This document shows positions 13,134-30,658 of a stretch of DNA of 64,000 bases, piece by piece. A program made the translations under genes and the position numbers. Below the pieces are notes generated by a model. That model worked only from the letters and a program-made list of their open reading frames with translations, was not told the DNA's origin and ran no database searches. The stretch's first letter is position 1, and every line of letters starts with the position of its first letter. Source of the stretch: Chlorokybus atmophyticus (taxonomy: Eukaryota; Plantae; Mesostigma and Chlorokybus algae); NCBI GenBank assembly GCA_009103225.1, contig RHPI01003330.1:454845-518844 (forward strand), in the 5' to 3' direction.

Positions 13134-14598
13134 CTACGAGCCGCCAGCGATGTCTTGGTCTCTTCTGCTGTTGCGCTCAGCAGCGCCCAGCCCCATGAGC
13201 TCGTAAATGCCTTCGTAGACCTGCAAGTGTATGGAAGAAGATTGTGCACATGAACCGCAACCCACGACGCTCAATGCCCGATATACGCTACAGCAAGTCA
13301 TGTAGCAACCTCAGGACTTGACCAAACGCTAGAAAACCGTCAGAACAGCCATGCCATTCTCAGTGACATGTTACGGAGCAAAACTTGCCACCGCACACGC
13401 CCACAACCGGATGGTGTTGCGCAACTCGTACCAGTTTCAGATGTGCTTTGACTTTAGCAACCTGCGCCGAAGCCTCCTCCACACGCCTGCCGCAGAGGAG
13501 TCGTACCATTTGTCTATTGTTACATACAAACCTGTCCGCACACAACAACATCTCACATCACATCCCAACATGCCCCTTACTGGGCGAGCACGTCCTGCCG
13601 CCTCGTGGCAACATCAAGCGCTTCCGCCAGTGTCAACTCCACAAAAAAGCCTAGCCCCGCGTCCACGTACAACCTTGACGTATCAGGCCTGGGAACGAGC
13701 GTCATACCCAACATGCACAAGGGTACATCATGAGTACAGAGAAGCACACGCTCACTCACACTTCTGCCTGCATGCGTGTGCCGGCCCCGACGTCCACGAG
13801 CATGCGCAGCGGCCGCATTGAATCAGCGTCATCATCCCCTTTTCTGGCTTCAAGCAACTCAATGTTGTGCGCGAGGTCGGTGCTGTGTTCCAATTGGTTT
13901 CGGTTTCGTCAAGGGGAGCACTTAAAGTTCGCGATGTTGTCACCGTGGTATTCTTGAAGTGTGCATGTATGCATGCAGGTGAGCAGATGTATGCAGGATA
14001 CAATGTTCGCTGCTGCGCTCGCAAAGCGTCCCTGCACAAGGTGCACATGTTCTTTCATTTGATTTAACTTTGCAGTAAGTCAGGCAACTTGTTGGGGTGC
14101 AACCACACACACACGCGCACATAAGCATTCAACCACACATGCCCACACACGCGCACATGCAGCATAGTAAGTGCTGTGACAGATTTAACAACAGCAGATA
14201 GCCACGGCGCCAGATCATCTCAGTCCACCAGCGCACAATCAAAAGCAATGCACCTTTCGTGTTGCATTGCAACCCGCCGCCAACATGCATGCAACATGGG
14301 GTTGTGTGTCTAGTCGGACAACCCTCTCTCCAATCGCTGCTAAGTTACAAGAATGCAACCTTACGACTCTGTAAACACACCGCACCACAGACCAAACAAT
14401 GAAGCCCCCATGCACCAAACCAACAACTCACGCCGTTCAAGTGGATTAGCGCTTTAGAAAATGTGGTGCTAGTAGCTAGCATACAAGCAACACGTCCCAC
14501 CTCTGGGCGGTGGCTTGAATGAGGTCCTGCCTCAAGCGCCCAGCAAACGCCTCGTACTCTCTCGCCTTCGCCGCCGCCTTTTCCGCCGCCGCCGCCAT
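13134..14598 (-). CDS. UXT: UXT-like prefoldin alpha subunit
   Basis: Spliced MAAAAEKAAAKAREYEAFAGRLRQDL...MLVDVGAGTRMQAEV|PDTSRLYVDAGLGFFVELTLAEAL...VAKVKAHLKL|VYEGIYELMGL, which is a typical UXT beta-hairpin. Confidence 0.88.
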
Positions 14599-15370
14599 GC
14601 ACGCAGAGCCTCCGCCTAGCCAACAACATGCATCAGGGCAGTGCCAGTGAGACACTGAGAGGTCTCCTACGCTGGGCTGTGCCAGGAAGTCAGAGGGTGG
14701 TAAGTCTCTCTCTTGATTGCACTGCACTGCTTGATCTGTGTTCAATTACTGTCAAACCCAACAGGCTGAACTCCTGAACAGAGCACGCGGAGTCCACACA
14801 CGCTGTCGTTGACGACTGGAAACTGCAACGGGTTCAAGTTTACACATTGTAGCACCCTATGACCACTGGGTACCAACTATCATGCACTAGCAGCTGTGCA
14901 AAGGGCTTACGGGCAAGCTACCGACACAAACATTGCTGCAAGGTACTGTCTTTATGCGTGCACACACGAGGCATGGTAATCTGGTTGATGGCGATATTGG
15001 TGTTGGTATGTGGTTGCAACGAGTTGCTGCTCAGTGTCGCAGAATTGCAATCCTTCAGCACAGTGCAATATGAAATGACAACAATTGCGGTTGCAGCACG
15101 CCATGACATTTCATGTTTAGGAAGCCCATCTCTGTTGATGCGCATCACACTGCAAATTGGATCTGTGTATATGGTACACCCTCCCGCCTCCAAAACAAGA
15201 ATAAAGTAATGGCGCACTGAGTAGAGCGTATAAAAAAATAATATGAAGGTCGATGCTTGGCGACTGTTGGTTGTATCCACCCTGTATTCATCCAAATCAC
15301 CGGAGCTCCCCCGCAGCACGTTCACCACCAACAATAGTAGGCTTTGACAGGCGATGCGAGTGCTCTTGCA

Positions 15371-16289
15371 TTAACCTGCAAGCAGCAACAACAGCAGACC
15401 TTCATCAACAATCTGTCTGTACATCAGTTGGCCATCAGTCCACATGTTGGCAGTGCTGAGCTTGAATACTCGCATAGACGCGCACATACACACGCACACC
15501 AACCTGCAAGCACACAAGAACGGGCAGGCATGCACGCAAGCGTGCTCTCGCACACAGACATACGAACATGTGCGCCCTCGCGACGAAGACAAAGAACGCA
15601 TGCTCGCGTACAGTGCACACATTTGCACACACGCAAGGGCACTTACAGATTGTACTTCTCGCGCTGGGCGCGGAGGAGGTCCTGCGCGGCGGCCAGCTGC
15701 TCCCGCACGGTTTGCTGTCGGTGCTCAAGCACAGCCGCCACCTCCGACGCCATCTCCGCCTGATCAACATAACACAAGCACATAAGAAAAGCACGCAATC
15801 CCCCCCCCCACACACACACACCCACACCCACACATGGACACCGATGACACACACGCACACAAATTATAACGCACTGCACTTGCCTGCCTCCTCCCAACAT
15901 TAGCCTGCTCCAAGACCGCCTCCGCCAGGTTCTGCTTGCCGATATTGAGCTCTGGAAGGGGGAGACTCTTAAGCAATCACAAACGAGTATCTTCAGTCAC
16001 TGATATAACAGACAGGAGACACTCAAGCTCACCGTTGGGGTGTTGTGCCATTGGCGTCGGCTGCGTCGGTATCGGCGTGTCGCTCGGCGCGTTGACAATG
16101 CTCTGGATGTCCTCCTGCTTGCTGGTCTTGGCCTTCGCGTCCTCCTTTACGATCACATCTTCGGCATTCAGGTCGAAGTCCTCATCAGAACCAGAATTGT
16201 CTGCAATGCGTTTGTCAGGTGAGCGCAGTCCAGCTAAGCCACACACTCACGCAGTACATACTCCATGCCCATGCACATACGCACCCACC

Positions 16290-16330
<41 letters not shown>

Positions 16331-17456
16331 CCCCTCTCACCTCCTCTATCAGCAAACGTCTCATCTCCCGGCACGAACTCCACGTCATCGTAGTCCCCGC
16401 TGCCAGCCCCTCCATCCTCCTCCTCGTCTATCACCTCCATGGTGGGGGCGTCCTCGACGGCCAGCAGCCGCCGCGACGCGCTGAACGCGCGCATGAAGCC
16501 GCCCACGGGCCTGGCCTCGACCTGGCAATGGTGGTGGTTGTGGTTGTGGTTGTAATTGGCATGGTTGTTGTTGGCGTCGTTCATGCTGTTGCTGTGTGCA
16601 TCGTTGGTGACTGCGGTGAATCTCAGCACCAACCTGGTGCGTTGAGGCGAAGATGAGGGTGAGGGCGAGGAGCAGGAGGAGGGGAAGGATGACATTGCTG
16701 CTACGGGTGCGTTGCATGGATGAAGCCATTGACTCTCGGTATTTGGTAACTCTCAACCAGTCTGCGAGTTGCGCCTGTGTGATGCATGGGCAGTTGAGGG
16801 GAGGGGAGGGGCGGTCTGTGAGTCAATCATTGCTTTGTTGTAGATTAACAGGTGGTTTGGATTGTACTTGTAGCTTGGACGTGGGTCAATGCGTCCTAGT
16901 GAGGACTAATTTGATGCTGGCTGGCAAGGCATGCTGGGCAATGCGCGAGCATTAGACATGTCCTGGATTTGTTGATTCTCTCATAAAACGCTACGCTTGC
17001 ATCCCCAAGTTCTGTGCAACGTAACACGCAGATTTCCTTAATTGCACCACAAACCTCACCAACTCCCCCCAAGCAAACCACCAGGCGCTCCCCTTGGTCT
17101 CGTCACTCCAGCACAAGCAATATTAAGTAGATGACTGCACCCCGTCACTTGTCCATTCTCTCCTGTCCCCACACCTTCACACCCTTCTCTCTCTCTATGG
17201 CTCACTCTGTCTCTCACAGCAGCGTTCCCGCCACTGGCGCTGGCGCTGGCGTTGGCGTTGGTGGAGAGCGCACCTGCTGGTCAGTCAGCGGGGAGAAAGC
17301 TTCGCGTAATGCGCGGCGCTAATACAAACCTCAGTATGCCGCGCTGCATGAGAGATATCGCTGTCACAAACCCTAGCTGTGACAAGCGTTAACCACCGGC
17401 GCATTGCCCTGCCATTGACGGCGGCGGCGGCGGCAGGAGAGGACAAGACGAGCCAT
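15371..17456 (-). CDS. Hypothetical protein: TM/signal segment, RRLL motif, acidic region, C-terminal coiled coil
   Basis: Internal exons join in frame (VILPLLLLLALTLIFASTHQ|VEARP...SRRLL...|DNSGSDEDFDL...|ELNIGKQNLAEAVLEQANVGRRQ|AEMASEV...REKYNL|QIVDEG*). Start exon uncertain. Confidence 0.5.
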
Positions 17457-18122
17457 TGTAAGCCTCAGGGACTGTTTGACGAGTTTATTGAAGCAAAGGT
17501 AAGGCAACATGTTCGTCCCATGAGACTGGCTTGCTGCGCTCATTGTGAGCATGCCGCAATGCGCTTGTGCTATGCACTTCATTTCACCGTGTTCGCTGCT
17601 GGCTGGGCGTGCGCAAACCACTAACCAGCTTGACGCTTCCTCCACACATTGCTTACGTGCCCGAGTGCCATCTGTTGCGTCACTCACTCTGCCCGAGGAT
17701 GCAACCTTTTGCTACCTGATCAAACAGCCGCGGCGGGTGCAGCGCAGCAGCGTTCCGCCTCCCTTCGCCTTTCACCGTACTATACTATGTCGTTATATTC
17801 CCTACCGCCCTCATCCGCCCCCTCCCTCGTATTAGTATAATACTTCGCTCGCCTTCGCACGCTGCCCTGCGCTGTGCCTTCCGCGTGCCCCGCCGTGAGG
17901 GATCGAGTTATGAGAGCTGAGGGCTGCTTGTTATGATGAGGCTGTGCACTGTACTGTGTTTATGTGTGTGCATGTGTGTTTGTCTTCTGCCATTCGTTGC
18001 ATGCGTACATTTGTTGGTGTTATCGCTGTGTCTCAAGCTTACTGGGTTGTCCTCCAAGCATATTGCTGTAATGCAGGTGGGAGCAGCAACCTGCACAGTG
18101 TGCGGTGCACAGGCGAGTGTGC

Positions 18123-19496
18123 ATGATGCTGCCAATAGACGAGCATGCGAGCGGGTCTTCGGCGTTGGACAGCGCTTTCCCATCCAGGGAGACGCTAGAC
18201 TTGGCATTGATTCCTGGGTGCGGGCCAGTGGACGTCACCAACCGCCCCAGTGATGACGCCATCCTCGCACAGCAGCAGGACATCCGCGCGGATGTTGAGA
18301 GAATGGAGCTTGTTGGCGACAAGGTGTGACAATTGCAGGTCAAAGTGCTGTGAGATCTGTCAAGCTGACGGGAGATTTCGATGTAGATTTATTGACATGC
18401 TGATGTCAAAACAGGAACCACTGGAAGCATTAGCAGCTGAGTATGATAATGGCAGCAGTGTCTTCCGTGCTCGAATACAGGTAAAGCTTGAAGAGTCTCG
18501 TTACAGTCATGAATGGATGGTTACATGCATGCATGGATGTTTTGCGAAATATCACTTCACGCAGTCACTTTATGGTACGGTTGTTTGGAAGTCAGTAATA
18601 AAACTTCAACATGTGCTGACAGTGATGGCGCACTTTGTGGTCAACTGGCAATCATCAGATGACGCTGCTGCTCTGTCGCTGACACAGAGGCTTGGCGCTG
18701 AGTACAGCGCTTTCCGACGAGTCAGAGGCGACGGCAACTGCTTCTACAGAGGGTTCATGTTTGCATACTTGGTACGTGCCATTCTGATTGTTGACAGTGT
18801 GCATGTTTATGTTCTAAACATGCACATTGCTATGTGTGTGCTTCTCTTCACTTCTGCAAACACACTCCCGCATGAGTTTTGTTGCAACTCATTTGTATGC
18901 AACAGGAGCACTTCATGCACCAGCAAGACAGCAGTTCCAGCCCGCAGCCAGAACAAGTGCTGGACATAATAAAGCAATCAACAGCCAAGCTAGTCAGCCA
19001 CGGTTTTGTCGAATACACATTTGAAGACGAGCAGGCAACCCTCGCAGACTTGCTCGCCAGCGTGAGCCCCCGACACGCTCCGCAGCAGATTACCCTCGAT
19101 GCGCTTGTGCACCGCTTTCGCAACCCGGAGGTCTCCAACGCCGCCGTGATGTTCCTGCGGTTCCTCACGTCGTGCGAGATACACAGTAGAACGGACTTCT
19201 TTGAGCCGTTCATTGCGGGGATGACCGACAACAACCAGACCGTCGCGCAGTTCTGCAGGGCCTCCGTCGAGGTCATGGGCGAGGAGAGCGACCACGTGCA
19301 CATCACTGCTCTCATTGACGCGCTCAAGCTACCCGTGAGAGTGGCGTATCTGGACGGTGGGATGAGTCATGGACAGGATTTGGCAGAAGTCACTCAGCAT
19401 GATTTTCATCCACAGCAGGATGATGGGACGCCAGCACTAGTACCGGAGGTTGTCTTGCTGTACAGGCCTGGGCACTATGACATATTGTACAAGTAA
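18123..19496 (+). CDS. OTU1: Otubain-type deubiquitinase (OTU1/OTUB1)
   Basis: DDAILAQQ, VGDK|EPL, RRVRGDGNCFYRGF (catalytic Cys), FFEPF, MGEESDHVHITAL, YRPGHYDILY (catalytic His). Start uncertain. Confidence 0.95.
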
Positions 19497-19849
19497 CTGC
19501 GTCGACTATAGTTGTGTGGCGCTCAGACCCCTCTTGCACAATTGGTGTGAATGCTGCAAGCCAAATGTCGATTACGAGCTGTGTGCTCCATTTGTCCCAT
19601 GTGCACAGCTGCGCTGCAACTTACTCCGTTTGCTGATTGTTGGCCACGTATCATCGTTGGTGATGCACGTACTGTGCAAGTGATTGAATGAATCACTAAC
19701 TCACTGTCTGAAAAGAAAAGAACAGCACACCAATGTAATGAATGGATGTCACAACAGCACCATCGATCCTACTAGTATCTACAAGAAAACCTTCTGCTGG
19801 AATGCTCAGCCAACTACAGCCCAAGGACATCCTCCACACATGCATCCCA

Positions 19850-21379
19850 TTACAGCAGCCCAGTTTCCCTCAGTAGGCTGACCGCCGTGAATGTGATGTA
19901 CAGTGCAATCAGGCATCCTCCCCACGTCTTGGTGAGTCTGAACCCGGCTGCCGGCACGGCGACGGCGGATCCAATCAGGGACGCGAACAGGAACGCGAAG
20001 GCGAGGGGCGTGTGCGGGCGCGGGGAGGCGGGTAAAAGGAAGGGCAACGGGTACGTACGCGCAGTCTGGATTGTGAGAGCAAGACCTAAGCCCACAAGCA
20101 TGTTGAACATGGGACCGGCGTAACAACCCGCTATCGCCATTGCGGGCTGGCCAGCCCTGAGATGAGGTATCTGGGGTTAGTGTGTGTGGGGGGGGGACAG
20201 TTAGCAGCAGCAAGTAACTATATGATGGAGGTAGTTATACACACCTTGCGAGGGCCACGTCGGCGACAAGGTCCCCAGTGGAGTTGCCCCAAGCGAGCAC
20301 GGTGATGCCGAGTATACCGGGTGTGACACCCAAGATGGCCCCAACTGACGCCAACGCCTGGTTGCAAAAGTGACCAGCTTCAATTTACAAGTACTGAGAC
20401 ACCAATGGCACACGCCCAACGTCACCCACCTCCAGCAGCACTCTCGCAATGATGCTGATCCAGACAACGCTTGAGCAGAACGCAAGCGCAAGTGCCACAC
20501 GTCCAACATGCCTCGGGGGCTGCGCATGCGTGCGGTAGTGCCACACGACCACAAGACTCATCACCACCGCAGCCACCGCCCCCCACGCGGGTACCTGCGT
20601 GGTCCCACCCCACACCTCCCACTGCCACTCTTCCCACACGTGTGCGGGCGCCAACATCCACAGCGCCACCGCGGGACACACGCCCATATTCAGCGCAGCG
20701 TATGTGCGGTTCCACTGCGCCTCGTCCGTGGCGGGGATGCTCCCACGCCTCACCACGTCCGGGAGCAAATACACAATGTGACGCACCTTCTCCGCCACGC
20801 TCAAGTGGACAAACTCACGCCACCATGTGGACACGCCGTGCCAGAGACTCGTCCTCGCCCTCTCAGATGCATCAGTAACATCTTCACCCACACTTGTCGT
20901 ATGTGCCAATAATGGTTGTTGCAAGCCGTTTGGGGTTATGTGTACTCCTCCCTTTGCAGTAAAACTAGGTGGTGGAGATGATAGGTGAAGCTTCTTCATT
21001 GGGCTTTGCGGGACAATGACCCATATGTCATGTTGATGTTGGTTCGCGCGCGCGTTGCGGTTGCAGTTATTGTTGTTGTTGGTTCTGCGCTCGAAGGCCG
21101 CCACGAAGAACACGTACAGCGCGTAGAACAGGAGGCAGAGCGTCGCCTCCCACACGTACACCTTGCGGTCGTATGTCGCGGCGAACACGCCCGCGGCGCC
21201 GACGAGGTAGAAGCCGAGGTCACGCAGGAAGGGAGCCTTGGGAAGGGTGAAGCTCGGGGCGGTCAGGGCCACGGCGCCAACCACAAATGCCGTAACAAAG
21301 CTCCCGGCGCTGTTGTGATAATGCAATCATGGTATCAGCGCGTGCGCGTGTGTGTGCGCATGTGTGTGTGTGTGTGTGT

Positions 21380-21420
<41 letters not shown>

Positions 21421-22859
21421 TGAGTGCGTGCGTGCGTGCGTGTGTTCTGAAGCTCGTGGCGTCTGTCGCGATGTGCAATACGTACCTCACTATGGCGGCC
21501 ATTGCTATGTGGGAGTCGCCGCCCACTATGGACGCCACGCTTGAGAAGACGTCAGGCGAGCCGTTGCCGAAAGCAAGCAGCGTGACACCTGGCGGGCATG
21601 GAAGTCAGTTGAGTGTGTTGGTGTGAAGTGAACACGTTCAAAAACTTCCACGAGTATACTGCCCAAGCAAGAGTGCTGCAAGCGCTTTTTAGCATGCTCT
21701 GATACACTGTGTGTGCGTGCGTGTGTGTGTGCACGTACGCACGGGCACAATGCAAGCTTTCGCATGCTCAAAGAACACGGACACCCACGCATGCACGCAC
21801 AGAGGATGCGTGCGTGCGCGTGTGGACGCAGTAGTAAACATCGTGCAATTCAACCCAGCCACCGCTCGAGCCAACAACCACTCGCCTGCTGTGGTGGGTG
21901 CGAGGTCGAGCGTCTTGGTGATCCTGGTGACGACGGGACAGAAGTAGCTCTCGGCCGTGTCGCCCAGCAGGAAGAACGCGCCCAGGACGACGCCCACCAG
22001 GACCAGCAGCGCCGGGGACACCGCACCCCAACCCAACAACCCCGAACCCGATCCCAATCCTGATCCGGAGTCGGATTCTTTTTTCTCTGAGCAGAAGTGC
22101 CACTGCATGTACCACGCCATCGTCCCCTCGCACCTCGCCTGGTATTGTGGTTGCAGCGCATTGATTGATACCAGTAGTGTCTCTAGAACCGTCAAGCCTA
22201 CCAGTCTTAAAGACCTATCTTTGCAGATAGTGGTAACGGTAGTGGCTATAGCAAAAGGTACGCATGCCAGTGGTGGTAGCTGTATTGGTATCAGAGAGTA
22301 GTTGGTGGTGCTTGCTGACGCCATCAGCACGACTACGCTAGTCGTGTGACAGTTGTATGTGGTGGTTACACCAGCACAATGAACTACACCCTACATTGTC
22401 AATACCACTCTTCACCACATCACGGTTGTGTTCGTGCAATGACCTCACCTTCACGAAGGCGCATCGGCGCAATACCGGCTGCGCCAGTACCTCCGCGCAT
22501 TCAGCCTCCCCAAACACTGACAACTGCTCCAGCACCGTTTCATTACCTCTATCCCTACCAACACCCGCTACTCCTACCTTTACTTCTCTACCACCATCAT
22601 CACTAATGGTACTCCCATCCCCATGCCGCTGGCGACTGTGACTCTGTCGCTTCGCCAACAACGCCCTCGACCCCGCCCTCCAAGTGGTAGTTGTGGCTGT
22701 TGTGTATGTTGATTGAGGACTGTCTCCATGCAGCGCAGACAGCAGGCAGATCAGCAGCGCCGTCACGCATGCCTTGATCACGCAACGGGTGAGGGTCCCT
22801 CTGGGCCGGCTGCCCGCTGCCGGCGTCTCTGCCTTTGCACGCGGGTGGTCCATGATCAT
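19850..22859 (-). CDS. CCX: Cation/Ca2+ exchanger, CCX/NCLX family
   Basis: Alpha-1 repeat AG|VTLLAFGNGSPDVFSS, FLRDLGFY, alpha-2 repeat ITVLAWGNSTGDLVAD, AIAGCYAGPMFNMLVGLG, and multiple TM segments. Confidence 0.93.
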
Positions 22860-23697
22860 CACTATTCCCTTGCTACCTACATATCACTCAGGTAGTATGA
22901 GGGTCAGCAGGGTGCGCATGGTTGAACCGGTCTCAACTGGGGACGGACTGGCCCAGTCTTGCCTGGCCTGGCTGTCCTTGCCTATCTGCTGCTTCTCTGT
23001 TGCCTTGGTCACACCCCCTCCGACTGACGCTGCATGACACTGTAGTCATACCGTTCTCCCATGCGGAGCTTAGGCGTGAGCTAGGTTTCCTTCCAAGGCC
23101 TGGGCTTGGGCTGGTCTGGCCCAATGCCACACAGGCACAGGACGCCCGCCTTGGCGGCGCCTCACAGGCGTAGCCTTAGCCTTAGCCTGGTCTGTTGCGC
23201 GTCCATGTGCGGTTGGCGGTCACGTGACGACCGGAGTCACGGCGTCACACAGCTTGCTCACGAATGCGTGACGATGCGGGTCGGGAGATCCGCGAGTGTC
23301 AACGACCCCGAACCGGTTCTTGATTGCTGGCCGTGCGCTCCACTGAGCAGCCACGTTACAGCATCTGTCTCAAGTCCCCCACCCGAGCTCGATTAAGTTG
23401 GTCCCAGAGCCAGGTTTACTTCTCCTTAATCAGGAATCTTGCTGATGCAGTGCATGCTGTAAAGCGCGCTCGCTGCGGCTTGGCGTCAAATTCATGTAGC
23501 ATGCCAGTGTTATGAGGAAGAATGTCGGGTCCCGTATTCACTCCCATGCTGGATCTGGAGTGAAGCTGTCCACCGTACCGTACCAGGCATTCCCTTTGCC
23601 TGTTTCGCCTGGGCGGCGGTGGTGTGGTCAGCCTGCTTGTGCAAGGCGTGAGCGGGGTTGGAGTGGTGTGTGTCAGCTGTGAGACTTGCTCATCTGG

Positions 23698-27411
<3,714 letters not shown>

Positions 27412-30316
27412 GACGGTGTGTTTGCTTCTGCATGTGTCAGAATGAATAGTGGTAATCCTATACACTGCAACCAGTAGCTTGTTTTCATTTTTTGCAGCCG
27501 GTTAGCTGATTGGTTGGCGCGAATCGTGCCCCTACATTCGTCAAAGCGTTTGAACAGTTGTAACTTATGCATCCTTGTATGATCTGTAACCTGGTTGTCC
27601 ATTGTTGTAGAATAGACTGACGGAGGTGCCACACTGAAACACACGTGCACAGCCTCAGTGCCCACACTCAGTGTGCAACTCGTGTGGCATGGCGGCTGAT
27701 TGCTGACTCTAATTCTCACTTGCAAGGTGCAGACATCGCGGTTATGAGAATATGTACCCTGAAGTTATTGCAAGGGTAGGTGGTGGTAAAGCCAATCAGA
27801 GAGGGATGCCATTGGGTGTGTTGAGAGTACCGCAGAGACACGTATCGTACAACCCACACTCACTTTTGAGAATTTAATCTCATGTCAACCTTTTGCTATA
27901 ATGATCGCAAAAGTTGACTGAATGCATTGTTAGTATGGTTATTAAAGCCTAGAATACCTTGTCAAAGCCACAACCAAAGGCAATTGATAATGACAACCCT
28001 TGGGTTGTAATGTATGTGTCTCTAAGGTAGTACGCATGGTCATGATATTGACCATGCATTGTGGTGCACATTCATTACATCTTAAATGTTAATAGGTGTC
28101 AACCTTCAGAATAAATGTTTCGCCATCATGTAATATGTATGTGGTGCATTGCACTGACAGGCGTGATCATGTTAAGCACAATCCACACATTTCATTAACA
28201 CAACCAATCCCCTCAATGTCCGCATCGCGCCTTGTTACGGTGCAAACAACATTCAGGCATTAATGTATAAAAAGGCTCACACCTCAAGAAATCACTTCGA
28301 ACGTATAGCGAAGGCAACAACGCCCCATGTCAACGCTCAAAACTTTCAATTGAAATCCACGCCCAATACTTTAGTGTTGTTTAGGGATTGGAATCTTTTC
28401 AACCGGAGTTCGTGCATATATGACCAGCTGGGTTGTTTTGATATTCAATTACCCTCATCAATTCATCAGTCACCAGCTGCTATCCCAAATTTCTCTCTTT
28501 CTATATTGTGTCGCATGGTCACAAGGTCACATTGTCAAAGCCATAACGCTAACACAATAACGCCAATCCGAAACAATTACAATGCGCAGACACATGACAA
28601 TACAACCATCAGTGCTAGCGCGCATCAGGTGCGTCGGCCTCACGTCAAAGCATGGCCACGTCGGACAGGGTTGTCATAGGATCAGGTCACGGTGGCGGCC
28701 AACCCGGAGCTGCACTCACGGCCGTCGTCGCTTTCTATAATAAAGCCACGATGTAACGCCGGTTAATGTGAAATAGGTAAAGAGGGCTATGAAGCGTTAA
28801 AAAGCAATACGCAACCTCTCATGGTAGCGACTTCTGCTACCATGGCCTAGTCGGCCAATTCCCGCATTACAGAAGCTTTCTCGGTGCCAACCGTCTCCGC
28901 CAAAGAAAGGAGCTTGTCTGTCCCGAGTGGTCACCGTACTTTCGACACTTCGCCAACTCCGCTGCACGCGCTCCTCCTATGGCTGAGCGCTGCATGTGGT
29001 GACAGTGGTATTCAATAGTGCACCGGTCGACCATAGCGGATACAAAATCCTTCCGCATGAAGTTAGAGCAGTACATTATGTGTTTCTCAATGCGTATACC
29101 GTAATGCCATGAAATGTGTGTAATACAAATAATTCCGCGCGGGCACTTTACAATGTTGATTAACCTTTCGGCGCCCAATCATATGCATTCCGGTGACTAT
29201 GCACTAAGTTGCATATGTTGGCGTTTTTATATACCAAATTGGATATTTTGAAGGCCTCATTTACGAAGACCATAAAGCAATGCGATAGCTGTAAATTATG
29301 TAGATATTCAGCTGCAATATACCGTACACCGCAGCCCAACATTCTTGGGGGTATGTGTAATATAGCTGCAAGCATGGTACATGCGCAAATGCAGGCCTCG
29401 GTTGTTATAAAAGTCTTCGGATGTGGGCTTATATCCAGTCAAAGAAACCTCAATCACTGAGTAAGCGCCTTGTTATTATGTGATATAACCAAAGTAGCGC
29501 AACGATGCACCCATACAAGCAAAACACTGCATGATAAATGATAGGTAGTGCATTAATCATTGCAATGACTGATTAGACAAAACACATACACACCACTTAC
29601 GCAAGCTTAAGCATATCAAGCCAGGCAAGGCGAGGCGGTGTTCTGACATGTTGCATTGTAATTACTTGGTGCACGATTTAATGCGCATCAAAAAGCTCAA
29701 GACAGTACAAGGTTGCTAGCATTGTTGATGATGTTACGTCACGTTTCATAACTGCAATACACTTTACAATTTCAGCAAGTTCTAGCAGCTAATTATTGCT
29801 GCTCCACTTAAAGTCCGTGATAAGTAACGTACTTGAAATAATATTAATATGTGCATACTTATGTCTTGATTAATGGGACCATGAGTCATAGCAAAGCACA
29901 CATCAAACACAAGCTTATTACTCACAAGCAATAAGGCAAGCAAGTAGCATCAATAAGGTAGAACCTTTGTGCGATCATGTATGATATGTATATAACAATC
30001 TCGCACACAGTTCGATCAATACAATATTTTAAATCATATGTACTTACTATCAAAAATACAAAGTACAATTCGATATCATTTTAAGTTTTGAAGGCTTCAG
30101 ACCGTTATCACAAATAGTATATCATATAGTTCTACCTAGCAAGTAGTTATGTCGAAAAGTGTAAATGTTCACAGCAACTCAAACTGGCGGAAGGTGAACT
30201 TTTCGGGAAGACTACTACTGACGGAAGCTCTCCGCAACGGCCATGAACAAGTTACGCTCTCTCGCATATCTTGTCACCTGAGATACCGGGCAAACCGTCA
30301 TCCAGCCGCCGCTTCT

Positions 30317-30364
30317 GCGGCAAAAACTTTCGCTCGTGTTCATTTGTGCGGGTGCTTTTGGCGC
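30317..30364. promoter_or_regulatory. Two E2F-consensus sites (TTTSSCGS) upstream of CMT
   Basis: TTTGCCGC on the minus strand at 30317-30324 and TTTGGCGC on the plus strand at 30357-30364, about 200 bp before the first candidate ATG. Confidence 0.45.
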
Positions 30365-30570
30365 CAACAGTGAACTGAGCAGTGGAATACAACTACACAA
30401 GCAGTGAACTGCGCAGTGGCATTCAAGAGCAGTGAGCAGGCTTTGGCCTGGTCTGGGCGGAGCGGGGTGGGCTGTGCTAGCAGTGGTATACGACCAGGCT
30501 GTTGCTGCTGCTGCCAGGCTGCTTGTGTGAAGCAGAGGAGCGAAGAAGTCTGCAAGAAAAGGTGCCTTGC

Positions 30571-30625
30571 ATGGGGTTGTGGCCTTGGGGTGGCCTGTGG
30601 GGAGCGCTTACTGCTGGTGGAGCAG

Positions 30626-30658
<33 letters not shown>

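Noticed and set aside
17369-17377. Telomere-like AAACCCTA (also TTTAGGG near 2372)
   Set aside because: Single copies; at most telo-box promoter motifs, with no array or telomerase RNA evidence.
17465-17505. Plus-strand exon-like GLFDEFIEAK followed by GTAAGG
   Set aside because: Cannot be linked in frame to otubain; no further support.
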